From Gekko japonicus (taxonomy: Eukaryota): a stretch of DNA of 64,000 nt. The notes beneath the pieces were generated by a model. It did not search any database, was not told the origin of the DNA, and worked only from the letters and a program-made list of their open reading frames with translations. Position 1 is the first letter of the stretch. Each line of letters starts with the position of its first letter. The stretch is from the NCBI RefSeq assembly GCF_001447785.1, contig NW_015160330.1:1-64000 (forward strand). The letters are read 5' to 3'. Made by a program: the position numbers and the translations under genes. Positions 25,154 through 38,335 of the stretch are shown here, piece by piece.

Positions 25154-25256
25154 CCTTCAGCTGCAGGTGATGTTTTTCTCACGATGGTCTTCTGAACCCC
25201 ATGGTGAAGGGGCTCTGTTGAAATTGCCCAGTGGCTTAACTGATGCGGCTTGAAGG
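25154..25256 (+). ncRNA. SNORD35: Box C/D snoRNA U35 family, RPS11 intron 3 (SNORD35B-like position)
   Basis: Stem CCTTCAGCTGCA/TGCGGCTTGAAGG, C box GTGATGT, guide TCTCACGATGGTCT, D' CTGA, TGGCTTAA followed by D box CTGA. Confidence 0.92.
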
Positions 25257-26201
25257 ACATGATGGAGATGTGCATGAGCGCCGTTAGTCAAGCCATAATT
25301 GGGGGGGNNNNNNNNNNNNNNNNNNNNNNNNNNNNNNNNNNNNNNNNNNNNNNNNNNNNNNNNNNNNNNNNNNNNNNNNNNNNNNNNNNNNNNNNNNNNN
25401 NNNNNNNNNNNNNNNNNNNNNNNNNNNNNNNNNNNNNNNNNNNNNNNNNNNNNNNNNNNNNNNNNNNNNNNNNNNNNNNNNNNNNNNNNNNNNNNNNNNN
25501 NNNNNNNNNNNNNNNNNNNNNNNNNNNNNNNNNNNNNNNNNNNNNNNNNNNNNNNNNNNNNNNNNNNNNNNNNNNNNNNNNNNNNNNNNNNNNNNNNNNN
25601 NNNNNNNNNNNNNNNNNNNNNNNNNNNNNNNNNNNNNNNNNNNNNNNNNNNNNNNNNNNNNNNNNNNNNNNNNNNNNNNNNNNNNNNNNNNNNNNNNNNN
25701 NNNNNNNNNNNNNNNNNNNNNNNNNNNNNNNNNNNNNNNNNNNNNNNNNNNNNNNNNNNNNNNNNNNNNNNNNNNNNNNNNNNNNNNNNNNNNNNNNNNN
25801 NNNNNNNNNNNNNNNNNNNNNNNNNNNNNNNNNNNNNNNNNNNNNNNNNNNNNNNNNNNNNNNNNNNNNNNNNNNNNNNNGGGGGGGTGGGTGGGGGGTC
25901 TTGGAAAAGGGAAAAGGGGGGGGGGGGGGGGTTATGAAGGGTAATATCCACAGACTGTGGCGGAATGAAAGAATAATAATTCCTGTTGCCTGTTTTAAAA
26001 ACTTGGGGAAGTTCACTGTTCTGGTGTGGCCGTTATCATTATATTATTTTACATTTGTATTATAAATCATAGGTACTTACTGGGTGCTTTCGGCCCTCTG
26101 GATAAGATCAGTTGTGATGCGTGGCTTTGTGCTGCGGCAAAAGGTGATGGGCTCTCCGTGATGAGGGATGTTACTGCAAACAGAAGCTGGATGCCTATAG
26201 C

Positions 26202-26633
26202 CGACGCTCCCTCTAAGCTGTGGAGTCTCATGAGCAAAAATTCTACTTTGTGAGCTATTGGCATTAAAGTTGTGAGCGAGCGATTATTATTTATTTATTA
26301 TTATTATTAGATTTATAGCCCGCCCTCCCCACAAATGGGCTCTGGGCGGCTCACAGATAGGGCTTATGTGCCAACAGTTAAAACAATTAAAAACAAGATA
26401 AAGCAATCGCTCAATTACAACAATACAAAGGTAGTGGTGAAAGTAGTGGCAGCTCCTACTCAAAAGCCTGGCGGAAGAGCTCCGTCTTAAAGGCCCTGCG
26501 GGACTGCGATTGGGCTACTGCATAAATCAGTTTGCTCCGGAGCCCTCCTTCCTGAGCTAAGACAAAAAGGTGTGAGCCGGAGGCTAAAAAACTGTGAGCT
26601 AGCTCACCCTAACTCAGCTTAGAGGGAACACTG
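26202..26633. mobile_element. hAT MITE family A with nested L2-like 3' tail
   Basis: MITE halves interrupted at a duplicated GCGATT by a ~225-bp LINE tail. Confidence 0.75.
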
Positions 26634-26789
26634 CCTATTGGATGCGCGGGGCATTGGATTTCCTGTCCATATCGGGGTGCGGGACTGGATGTCCTTACCA
26701 GACGCTCCTTCCAGCTCTGCCCCTTGCGCGCCTGAACGCTGGGGGGGGGGTGGAGGAAGCCGGGGGACGTGGCCCACACAGCCTTTTGA

Positions 26790-26939
<150 letters not shown>

Positions 26940-27156
26940 TAAAGGCGTGTGTGGGATCTTGAGTGGGCTGGCCCTTGAGGACAGCTTGAAGACTGGATTG
27001 GTGCTCTTTGGACCGTCACCTGCCCAGTCGGGTTGTCTCTTCCCTCTGAGAATCCCATAAGTGTTTCAGCTGGCACAGATACAGTCTTTGTGATTCTCTG
27101 GAGCCATGCAGAGGGCATCGTGAGGTCTCGTTCTCCATGTGGGGTGTGATCACCAT

Positions 27157-27553
27157 CAGGGGTCATTGCGTAGAAAGAGGTGCAGGAGCTCATTAGCACA
27201 ACTCATTTGCATGTGCCACACCCGCTGACCTCACCAGAAGTGTGTCAGAAGGCAACACCCACCACTCAGGTTCCACTGGACTGTTTTGGATTGCTAGCTA
27301 TGGGGGGGGGGACTGTAGATCTGTCCTCGTAGAGGAGGGAGACCTTGTACCTGAATAAAACCTGGTCTTAAAGGTGCCACTGGACTGTTTTGTGCTGGGG
27401 GGGCGGGGGAAGCTCTGCAACTTACCTGGCTGCTTCTTGCTCTGACTGAGGGCTGCTGGGAGCAGGGGGTGGGGCTTGTTGCTTGTGCCCGCCCCCTGGG
27501 CGCTTTACTGCCGGAGCTCCGCTCCCGTGCGCTCCTGCAGGAAATGACCCCTG
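27157..27553. mobile_element. hAT MITE, family C
   Basis: TIR CAGGGGTCATT / AATGACCCCTG; perfect 8-bp TSD ATCACCAT. Confidence 0.88.
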
Positions 27554-27801
27554 ATCACCATGTTCCTCAAAGGATCTCAAAGCAGCAGCTTTTGATTGCC
27601 TGAGAGCCAGTTTGGTGTAGTGGTTAAGTGCGCGGACTCTAATCTGGGAGAACCAGGTTTGATTCTCCACTTGCACCTGTTGATGTGACCTTGGGTTAGT
27701 CACAAGCTCTGGCACAGCTGTAGCTATACCTTTTTGTGTGTTGAGGGAAAGAAACATGCATTTCTTTGTACCTTGGTTTGCGGTTGGAATTTGAGCACTC
27801 T

Positions 27802-27905
27802 GGGCTGGTGATGATGTGTGAACTCACGATGGTCTTCAGAGCCTTTTCTGCAGAATTGGGGAGTGGGCTGCTGAATACGACACTTTGTCAATCACTGAAC
27901 CGCCC
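27802..27905 (+). ncRNA. SNORD35: Divergent U35-family box C/D snoRNA, RPS11 intron 4
   Basis: C box GTGATGA, guide CTCACGATGGTCT, D' CAGA, D box CTGA at 27895, stem GGGC(T)GGT/ACCGCCC. Confidence 0.8.
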
Positions 27906-28989
27906 CGCCCCCCCCAGGTTTGCTCAGATCCAGCAGTCCAGTGCCAGAAGCGTTAGTCAGTAACGTGCTTTCCAGTTAGCTCACCACGTTCACTGCCTGT
28001 GTATGGGGTTACTTCTGTGAAGGCCAAAAGGGGGGAGCCGGGATCTCTTTCTTTTGCACAGTGGTCCGCAAAACTTAGGTGGCATTGACACCAGGCCTCC
28101 TCCTGTGTAGCTTTTCGCGATCTCTGCTTGCTGGAGGATGCGGGTGATGGTTCTTTCTTACTATCCTAGATGCCCACTGTAGGGATACTAATATGGCTTC
28201 CTTAAACTGAGATCATCTCTCATCTGTCCAGGAAGTGAAATAACAGGGGTTGTATGGGGATACAGGTAGACCATGGCTCATTATTATAAGGTTCTTCAGC
28301 ATGCAGTTGTCTCTATTACCTTTCTAGTCTAATTCTTCACCCCATTTTGCCCTCGCGACGGCCCTCTGCATCAGGTTAGACTATCTCAATGTTTGGGTTA
28401 GTTAAGGTAGTACTAAGTAGCTCAGGGACGGGCAGGGTTCTAAGTAAAAGGGTGTAGCCCTCCTCGTTTCTGTACCATTTTACGGGCTGCTCTGTAACAC
28501 TTAACTGCTAGTGGGTAACAGATGCTGCAGTCTTGTAGCCAGTTTGGTGTAGTGGTTAAGTGCACGGACTCTAATCTGGGAGAACCGGGTTTGATTCCCC
28601 ACTCCTCCACTTGCACCTGGCTGGATGACCTTGGGCAAGCCGTAGTTCTGATAAGAGCTGTTCTAGAAAAAGAGCCGTTTCTGTCAGAGCTCAGCCCTGG
28701 AGAAACTACAGAAAAAAAGAAGCATGAGACAACAGGAGTTTGTAAGCTGCTCTGAGACACCTTTGGGTAGTGAAGGGCAGGGTATAAATCCAATCTCTTC
28801 TTCTTCTACAAAGAGCAGGATGCCAGTAACAATCCTAATTCAAGATGTTAAAATGTAGTTGTTCGATGATTTTACAATTCTTGCTTTATTTATGTTGTAA
28901 ATGGACTTGAGTTCCACAAGGCAGAAGAGCGGCTAGTAGATATTTTAAATCAAAAAGTGCACCTTGCTGTTTGAACCGTTCCCTCCTAA

Positions 28990-29154
<165 letters not shown>

Positions 29155-29182
29155 AGTCTATTCTTGTCTGTTGGGATGTGCA

Positions 29183-29188
29183 AATAAA
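29183..29188 (+). terminator. RPS11 polyadenylation signal
   Basis: AATAAA ~30 nt after the stop, followed by a GT-rich downstream tract. Confidence 0.85.
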
Positions 29189-30179
29189 CTTTTTGTAAAG
29201 ACCCATAAGGCTTTGGAGTGGTGTGATTGTGAAGGGAGGGTGCGAAGGTGCAGTTCTTCAGCTTTGCTCAACCCTGTTTAGAAGACCAGCCAGGGTATTG
29301 TGTGTACAGGCACCTTAGGGAGGGGACTGGTCATGTAGCTCAGTGGGAGAACACACGGATTGCATGTATATATTTCAAACAGAGGACCATTGTGTGCGAA
29401 CTTGGGGGGTCCATTTTTGATCCCCTGTTCTTGGTAGACCCTGTCTTGAACTGGGCCAGTAGAACCCTGTGGCTTTGCTTCCTTCGAGCCTTCCAAGTCC
29501 ATGAGGGTGTGGAGCCATTTCCTGGTGGGTCAGAGGAACCTGCTCCTCATTGGCTGCTTCGGCCTCAGTGTACTGCTAATGTTGATCTGTGCTAGGAGAG
29601 CCAGTTTGGTGTAGTGGTTAAGTGCGCGGACTCTAATCTGGGGGAACCGGGTTTGATTCCCCACTCCTCCACTTGCACCTGCTGATGTGACCTTGGTTCA
29701 GTCACAAGCTCTGGCACAACTTTCCTTTAAAAAGAGCCATTTCTGTCAGAACTCTCTCAGTCCCACCCCCCTCACAGGGGGTGTCTGTTGTGGGGAGGGG
29801 AAGGGAAAGGAGTTTGTCAGCCACTCTGAGACTCCAAGGGAAGGGCGGGGTATAAATCCAGTCTCCTCTTCTTTAAAAGGTGTGCGGCTCTTAGGGGTCG
29901 GAATGGGTGCAGCAAATGTTGCTCTTCCAGCTCTCCTTGTGGTTGAAAAGGGATCTGCACCGGCAGCAGCATGTGATCCTAAAACATGAACATGTTCACA
30001 GGCCTCAGGGGTGATTGTGATTCTCTGTGTAGTCTGCCTCCAACACCCAGGCTGGGCATAGAAACCTCTCTCCAAGGAGATTCCAGTACCTGCATTCTTT
30101 AGGTTTAGACTGGGCAGGAGGAATATTTTTGCTGGTTCCGCTCCCACGTGGTAAGAGTGCCTTCCCCAGCAGAATAATA

Positions 30180-30615
30180 ACATAAGCAGAGCTCTGCTGG
30201 GTCAGGCCAGTGAGGTTCCATCCAGTCCAGCCTCCCGTCTCACACGGGCCAGCCAGTCCCTCCGGAGGGCCAGCAACGGCAGAGAGGCCGAGGCCTTCCC
30301 CTGAGAAGAACCCTGCTGGGTCAGACCAGGGAGGGTCCATCTAGTCCAGCCTCCCGTCTCACACGGGCCAGCCAGTCCCTCCGGAGGGCCAGCAACGGCA
30401 GAGAGGCCGAGGCCTTCCCCTGAGAAGAACCCTGCTGGGTCAGACCAGGGAGGGTCCATCTAGTCCAGCCTCCCGTCTCACACGGGCCAGCCAGTCCCTC
30501 CGGAGGGCCAGCAACGGCAGAGAGGCCGAGGCCTTCCCCTGATAAGAACCTCAGAAGAGCCCTGCTGGGGCAGGCCAGTGAGGGTCCATCTAGTCCAGTA
30601 TCTTGTATCACACGG
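30180..30615 (-). repeat. CR1 3'-end tandem array, 119-bp period, ~3.5 units
   Basis: CCTCCCGTCTCACACGGGCC at 30231, 30350 and 30469; near-identical units. Confidence 0.85.
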
Positions 30616-30871
30616 GGGCCAGTCTAGTATGAAAAAATATATATAGATGTGTGCTAGATGCCCACAGATTAATTTAATGACAAAAGAGACTAGATTAAAG
30701 CCATAACATCATTTAGTGTCTAGTAATGAAAAACAACCACTTATTCCTTCACAGAAAAAATACAAAGGTCAATAAAATTACACATAGCAGTCTGCTCCAA
30801 ATTCAATCTCTTTCAACACTTATTCTGGATATTAAAGTGTTTCAGACCTTTGGTCTTTCCTCAGGAACAAA

Positions 30872-31232
30872 TCATAGCATCATAGGATGTTACAGTTGGA
30901 AGGGACCTTGTAGGTCATCTACTCCAACCCCCCTGCACTCTGCAGGAGCATAGCCGAAAGACAGCCCTACAACATACCTGAAAGATGGTTGCCCAGCCTC
31001 CGCTTGAAAACGTCCAGCGAAGGAGCCTCCACCACCTCCCGAGGCAGACTGTTTCACTGCTCGACCACTCTTCCAGTTAGGACATTTCTGATATTTAGCC
31101 GGTAACAACTCCCTTGTAATTTCCACCCATTCGATCTAGTCTTGCAATCTGGAGCAAGAGAGAACATGTCCGCACCATCTTCTACATGACAGCCCTTCAA
31201 ATACTTGAAGGCTGCAATCATGTCCCCTCTAA
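30872..31232 (-). mobile_element. CR1 3' fragment
   Basis: [23 protein letters not shown]. Confidence 0.85.
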
Positions 31233-31577
31233 TCCTATATAGGAATCTCGCATTCAATGTCTCACATTCAAGTTGACACAATCATTGGTTTATTTTTACT
31301 ATTTTTATGTTAATCTACTTGCGCAAGGTCTCCTCACTGATTTCCAAGCTGCCGCCGCCAAAGTCAAACGGACCCAAGCGATGCCTCCCTAAAAGTATCG
31401 TGGGCCCAAGGCACTGTGCCTGCTGTGCCTACTTGATAAATTGGCCCAGGAGACCACCATGGATGTACAAGAGCTGCTACACAGAGGCAGTGTGTCTTTT
31501 GCCCTGACCACAAGAGGGAATTGGATAAACATCTGGAACAGAGGTCCACGAATGGCTATTGGCCACAAGGTATAGAG

Positions 31578-31921
31578 GGAACTGCGGTGGCTCAAGTGGT
31601 TGCTGAACTGCAGGCTGTGGAAGGTCGGTAGTTCAGCAGTTCGAGACCCGAGTGTGCCGCATGACGGAGTGAGCTCCCGTCTCTAGTTCCAGCTCCGGCC
31701 AACCTAGCAGTTCGAAAGCAAGAAATTGCAAGTAGATCAATAGGTACCACTTCGGTGGGAAGGTAACAGCATTCCGTGCGCCTCGGTGTTTAGTCATGCC
31801 GGCCACATGACCACGGAAACGTCTTCGGACAGCGCTGGCTCTTCGGCTTTCAAACGGAGATGAGCACCGCAACCCTAGAGTCGGACTTGACTGGCTTTCG
31901 AGCAGGGGAACCTTTTACCTT
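31578..31921 (+). mobile_element. Sauria SINE
   Basis: Head, ACCTTT tail, TSD TATAGAG. Confidence 0.85.
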
Positions 31922-34900
31922 TATAGAGGGAACCCTCTGTCTGGGGCAGATCAAGATGGGTGGCCGTGTTTGTCTGTAGCAGGAGAAAAGAGCAAGAGTC
32001 CAGGAGCACCTGAAAGACTAACAACGTTTGTGGCAGGGGAGGACATTTCACGAGTGAGCAGTGACTCATGAAAACTCATACCCTGCACATATTTTGTTAG
32101 TTTTTAAGGTGCTCCTGGACTCTTGGGGTGGGGCCACAGTGGGAGGGGGCTTCTGGAGTTCTGGACCTGATGGCACCTGGTATTTTTGGCCCCTGTGTGA
32201 CACAGAGTGCTGGACTGGATGGGCCATTGGCCCGATCCAACATGGGTTTCTCTTATGTTCTAAAGGTGCCGTCACCGTAGCTGGATGCCACTATGTTGGA
32301 AGGCTGAAGGTCATATTTTCCCTCACAGCAACATGTAGTCTCTGGGTTGGTTAGAAAGATAACAGTACAAAGCAAAGCAATAGACACCTGGCTTGAAAAT
32401 CTCATGCAGATAAAGTATTAATAAAGCTACCTCTGTTCTTCTAAACGGACTGGAAGTGTATACAGAAGAAACAAGGGACAGGATCCAAGCTACTGTTCCT
32501 CAAAGAAGTACTTCTGTTGTGGGGATGTTGTACATAACTGTTCTTTGCTGGGTTTATTATTAATTTTTAAAAATGTTGGTAGTTGTTTCCTGCTCCCTCA
32601 GGGCTGTCATGTACAGTTTCTTTGATTTGAATAAAAAAATAAAGAAAAGTGGCAAATGAAGAAGTAGAAGAAGAGAAGAGATTGGATATATATCCTGCCC
32701 TTCACTACCCAAAGGAGTCTGAGGGGCTTACAATCCCTTTCCCTTCCCCTCCCCTCCCCACAACAGACACCCTGTGAGGTAGGTGGGACTGAGAGAGCTC
32801 TCTCAAGGACTACCCTTGAGAGAACAGCTCCAAGAGAACTTGTGACTGAAGAAGAGATTGGATTTGCACCATGCCCTTCACTACCCGAAGGAGTCTCAGA
32901 GCGGCTTACAAACTCATTTCCCCTCCCCTCCCCACAGCAGACACCTTGTGAGGTAAGTGGGGCTGAGAGAGCTCTGACAGAAACTGCTCTTTTTCAAGAA
33001 CAGCTCTGAGAGAACTGTGACTGGCCCAAGGTCATCCAGCAGCTGCAAGTTGAGGAGTGGAGAATCAAGCCTGGTTCTCCCAGAGTAGAGTCCGCGCGCA
33101 TAACCACGACACCAAACTGGCTCTCCCTCAGTTCAGCTACTCCCATCCATCACCCACTGGTGAGAGGTCATGCAGCTCATATTAACCTGAAGCAAATAGG
33201 GTGCTATGGGGGGAAACGCAATGCTTGACTCCTCTCCAAGGGCCCCAGGAAGATCTTTCCCCAGCTGGCAAGAGCAGCTGCCTCACAAGACATCCTTGGA
33301 AAATGCTCCAGACTTCTGGTTTGTGGATTGGCGATGGCGGTTGCTCTCCCCGGACCTTGGGGGAGCAATTAGCACACCAGCAGCATGGAGGGGTGCTACA
33401 TCAAGTGGCATCCCCACGGAGCCTTTGTGATAGGCTCCAGGACAGAGGGCTTTTGAGGGTTAGCCTCTTTGACAGCTTGATGCCGGAGAATCGAGGCTTC
33501 CCTCCGCCCTGACAATCCTGCCGTTGTGTGGCCTCCGGGCACAAGCTAATTCGTCCGGGACAAGCGTGGGAGATCGAGTGGAATAATGAATGATGTGAGC
33601 GAGGTCAGAGATATGACCAACAATGAACACAAGTTCAAAGTAAACGGAGTATTTAAAAAAAACAGATTACACCCCACCCCCACCCCCCGTGGGAAAAGCA
33701 GAGCGCAAAGAGGGACGCCTCTTAAGCGCATGGACATACAAACGTATCGAAGGGGGAAGGGAGGAAATAAACAGTGAGTTTATTTTGAGAGACTTACGTG
33801 AGTGCCGATAGTGACGCGACAAGTTTTTCGAGCCCTTGCAAAGCGGTTTGAAATTGTAAACAAAACTGTAAAATGAGGACTCTGTGGTTGAAACGGGTGT
33901 GGGAGCAATGAAAGTTGTATACGATTTTAGAGATAGAAAACCAAAGTAAGGGCAGAAGGACTTTGAAAATCGCCTTTTGAAGTAAAGAAGATGCTCAGAA
34001 AGTTATCTCATAATAACTAACATATTAACATAGAAGCTGTGAAAAACAAGAACTTTACAAGTGTATTGTGTTACTAACACTTTAGTGACTAGTATTTAGT
34101 TTAACACGGATATGATCTCCTTCTCTTGGGTTTTTAGTTAGTGTGGGTATCTTTTCTTTATCCATAGTTGTAGTCCCCCCCCCATTTGTTTCTTTGTAGT
34201 TATGTAGTCTTATGAAAAAATAATAAAAATATCCCTTCGGGGTTTTTTTAAAAAAAGAAAAGGAAATGCTCCAAAGGGATCCCCAGTAGAGCAGAGCCCG
34301 GAGTGTGGTGTTGTGCGACTCGCAGCCATCCCCTGACAGTTCCTCTTAGTACAAGACAAATACTTCTGGATTCGTGGCTGAAACCTCCATGCCGACAGAG
34401 GAGGTTCTGCTGCACCAACAGGCCGACGTGCCCTGGTAAGCACTGCCATTTTCTCTCATCCCTTTGGGCAACCCGGGGGCTGACATGCCGAAGACGCTCT
34501 GTTGAGTGTGTGCTGAGAGTGTGTATGCGAGTTCACCAGCAACTCCCGCATTCCATAACCAACAAAACCATCACAGCTCACCACACACTTCAAAGTCACT
34601 CCAGGAGGTGCTGAGGAGAGATCTCAAAAGCCCAGTCCGGCACCTGGGAGTGACCGCTGGACAGGCAAATTCAAGCACCCACGGTGCCACAAGTCGACCT
34701 TTGATGCAGATCCACTGAGAAAGACCAGAGCAGGAGAAGAAGACAGGGAGGCTGGAATTCAAGTGCCAAAGGGACACCTGCAGTTTCTCCTTGAAGAACC
34801 AGGTAATTTCACAGCAAAAAAAGGCAGAACGGGGTCTTTTAAATCTGCTCCATATAACCTGCATTGGCTGAGCTGTACACGAAATGTTCCTTCAAGATTT

Positions 34901-35207
34901 TTCATGCGGTAAGAGCATTCATACGTGACCCCAAAAACAGGACAAAGAGGTGGGTGAACTGAAGTTAATTCCCTGGGTTGTTTTCAGACACGAGACTCGG
35001 CAGATTCAGTTTCAGAGGGCTTCGTGAGACAAGCGTAAAACCTACTTTGGCCGAAATGGTCATTTGCATCACAAATGCCTCTTCTCCCCTTTCAGCATCC
35101 ACCTTAACAGCAATTGAACTACAGCTCAAAGTCGATTCCACACGTGTGAATTCATCCTCATGCCTGGGCTAAGGAGACCTGGGGTCTTTGGGAGGAGGGG
35201 AGCAGTG

Positions 35208-35535
35208 TCATAGAATCATAGAGTTGGAAGGGCTCCTACAAAGACCATCTAGTCCAGCCCCTTGTCCAATGCAGGACCAGCCTAGAGTATCTCTGACAAA
35301 TGTTCATCCAGCCTCTTCTTAAAGGCTGTCAGTGAAGGGGAGCTCCCCACCTCCCAAGGCAGCTGATTCCACCTTTGAACCACCCTGACCGTGAGAAAGT
35401 TTTTCCTAATTTCCAGCCAATACCTTTCTGCGTGTAACTTAAACCCATTGCTTCGGGTCCTGTCCTCTGCTGCCAACTGGAACAGCTCCTTGCCCTCCTC
35501 CAAATGACAGCCTTTCAGATATTTAAAGAGAGCAA
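35208..35535 (-). mobile_element. CR1 3' fragment
   Basis: RTRSNGFKL..KNFLTVRVVQRWNQLP; (ATTCTATG)n tail. Confidence 0.85.
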
Positions 35536-36052
35536 CACAGGTTCCAACTCACACACATGAGAAGGGGAACTCAAAGCCCTCCAAAGATTTCCCCAGGGGC
35601 CCGGCATCGGATTTGCCCTGGAGCAGTGGATAGAGGTGGTTTCCACACTGACATTTTATTCCACTTTGCTTCCCAAATTATTTTTTAACAATGTGAAAAA
35701 CGTCCCTATGACATTACTAGGCAGTCGTGCGCCTTCTAGGTTTCTCCTGCTCTGCTGTGATTTTTTCCCAAACTTGCTATGGTATGATCGTTCCAGAAAG
35801 ATTGTTGTCAAAGTGGGTTTGTCCACTATGTGGGTAGGAAGGTGCAGATTTTCTGTACAATGATATAGCTAGAACTGATTTTTCTTTTTAAAAGCCAGCT
35901 AAAAGCTCCACTGAGCACCATGATTCCTACCTCTGAGGGTCAAACCATAAGATATGTTTGCCAAGAGTTGGGTTGGACTTTCCCAGACAGGCTGGGAATT
36001 GTGTTTACAAATATGCTGGGGCTCAGTTCCATTCAGGAGTGTGTCACAGACT

Positions 36053-36331
36053 GGTCGAATCTGCATTTGTCTTTCCCCACCGGTGTCCCAGCCTTCTGAC
36101 ACTGTCTTCAAAAAAGCTGTCTACATTTGGTGTCGTTTTCACACCTCAACAGTGCTGTCATACTTTTGCACATCTGCATATGTTTATCGCCCTATTGTGG
36201 TGGCTCCACTGTCATTGCACCTCCACACTGCTTTAAAAGAATCTTCTCCAAACAACATTCAAACAAGCATAGAGAAGGACGGCGTCACAGCAGCATGAGA
36301 CTGCTCTCAAAATGCAAATGCAGATTCGACC
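36053..36331. mobile_element. Short Harbinger-like MITE
   Basis: 17-bp TIR GGTCGAATCTGCATTTG / CAAATGCAGATTCGACC; second copy at 58739. Confidence 0.75.
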
Positions 36332-36763
36332 AGAGAGAGGAGGTCCTCAGCTTTCCCTCCAGCACCAGTTTGGGGAGCCAAAATGTCCAAGAGGGGCCTG
36401 ATCTCTCCCACTTGCTCCGAGTGCTGCCCACAGGAGGGCTGTTTTGGCTCCCCAAAACCAAGCAGAAGGGAAGGCTGAAGCCCCTCCTCTTGAGCAGAGT
36501 CAGGCCCCCAGAGCCTTTGGGAAAGTCCCAGTGTAAGGTCTGTCAATGCAAGATGAGCCGGGGTACCCTGACAAGGCTAAGGCAGATGAATCACTTTGTT
36601 TGCCCTTATGACCCTCTCTCGGCATGCATGCCATCCAGGCTGAAAGGGTGGGGAAAAGGACTTGGGGCTTGTCTTCTGGCAGTCACCCTTCCTACCCCTA
36701 ATGTGTCTCACGGAACTCTTGTGAAGCCAAGGGTAGTGCATGTGTTGCCTTGCCCTCCTAGGT

Positions 36764-37340
36764 ATAGAATCATAGAATGTTAGAGTCGGAAGGGACCTTG
36801 CAGGTCATTCAGTCCAACCCCCCTGCACTCTGCAGGAGCGTAGCTGAAAGATAGCCCTACAACATACCTGAAAGATGGTCATCCAGCCTCCACTTAAAAC
36901 GTCCAGCGAAGGAGCCTCCACCCCCTCCCGAGGCAGATTGTTCCACTGCTCAACCACTCTCACAGTTAGGAAGTCTCTCCTGATATTTAGCCGGTATCGA
37001 CTCCCTTGTCATTTCCACCCATTAGACCTAGTCTTGCAATCTGGAGCAAGAGAGAATAGATCCGCTCCATGTTCTTCATGACAGCCCTTCAGATATTTGA
37101 AGACTGCAATCGTGTCCCCTCTAAGCCTTCTCTTTCCCAGGCTAAACAGACCCAACTCTTTCAGCCTTTCCTTCTGTTTTCCAACCCTCTCACCATCCTG
37201 GTTGCCCTCTTCTGGACACACTCGAGCTTGTCAACATCCTTCCTAAAATGTGGTGCCCAAAACTGGACACAGGACTCCAGGTGAGGCCTGACCATAGCAG
37301 AATAGAGCGGAACGACCACCTCCCGTGATCTGGACACGGG
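36764..37340 (-). mobile_element. CR1 3' fragment
   Basis: [39 protein letters not shown]. Confidence 0.88.
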
Positions 37341-38026
37341 GTATGTGGATCCCACAGGTCTGTTTGACACAGAGACCAGAGTCTATTGCAGTCTATTAGT
37401 TTACACGTCAACAATTCTAATCCGTGAATTAACACCCAACATTCTTCCCACTTCAATGAAACAGATTCTTAGAGATTCTTAATTTTTACAATGTAAAAAT
37501 ACGATGCACTACAGAATAGTAGTCTAAATATATTTTCATAATGTAACATTGCAGTAATTCAATTTCTTTAGCATTTGTTTGGATGCTGACTGTTGCACTC
37601 TTCTTGGTTTCTGCCGTTGATCTTTCCATTGAGAGCTCACGTGAGCTGAAAACAGGTCATAAATCCCCCCAAAGAATCAAGCAGTGCTAAAGAATTATTT
37701 ATTTATTTATAATTTCGGTTTATGAATCGCGCTCTATCCCTGGTGACTCAGGGCTCTGAGCGATGAACAACAGCGATAAAAACAGTTCCCAACAATTAAA
37801 CAGTTCCCAACAATTAAACAATGAAATAAAAACAGTTCCCAACAATTAAACAATCTAAGTAAAAAGAATTCATAGAGGGCGTTATCAGATTCTAGACCAT
37901 GTGGCCACTTCCTAAGCACAGTAGGAGGAAAATAGCTGGAAGAGAGGTGGAGAAGGAGGCAAAGGGCCAAGATGGTACCCGTTGCTGCCCTCAACCAAAG
38001 GCCTCGTGGCACATCTCTGTTACTGA

Positions 38027-38239
38027 CAGTGTTCCCTCTGAGCTGAGTGAGTGTGAGCTAGCTCACAGTTTTTTTAGCCTCTGGCTCACACATTTTTGTC
38101 TTGGCTCAGGAAGGATGTGGCTCCAGAGCAAACTAATTTATGCTGCAGCCAAATCGCTCGTTCACAACTTTAATGCCAGTGGCTCACAAAGTAGGATTTT
38201 TGCTCAGACAAGACTCTCCACAGCTTAGAGGCACCACTG
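38027..38239. mobile_element. hAT MITE, family A
   Basis: Same sequence as 7275-7483; degenerate TSD. Confidence 0.82.
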
Positions 38240-38335
38240 GTTCCTGGCCCCCTGCCCCTGACTCTAACTCACGATATTGTTTTGTGTGTTGAACTGTAGG
38301 GGGAAGACGACGTTCTAGAAGACTGGTGGTGCGTC

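Noticed and set aside
25157-26065. Long ORFs spanning N runs (also near 45200, 46800 and 62500)
   Set aside because: Artefacts of assembly gaps
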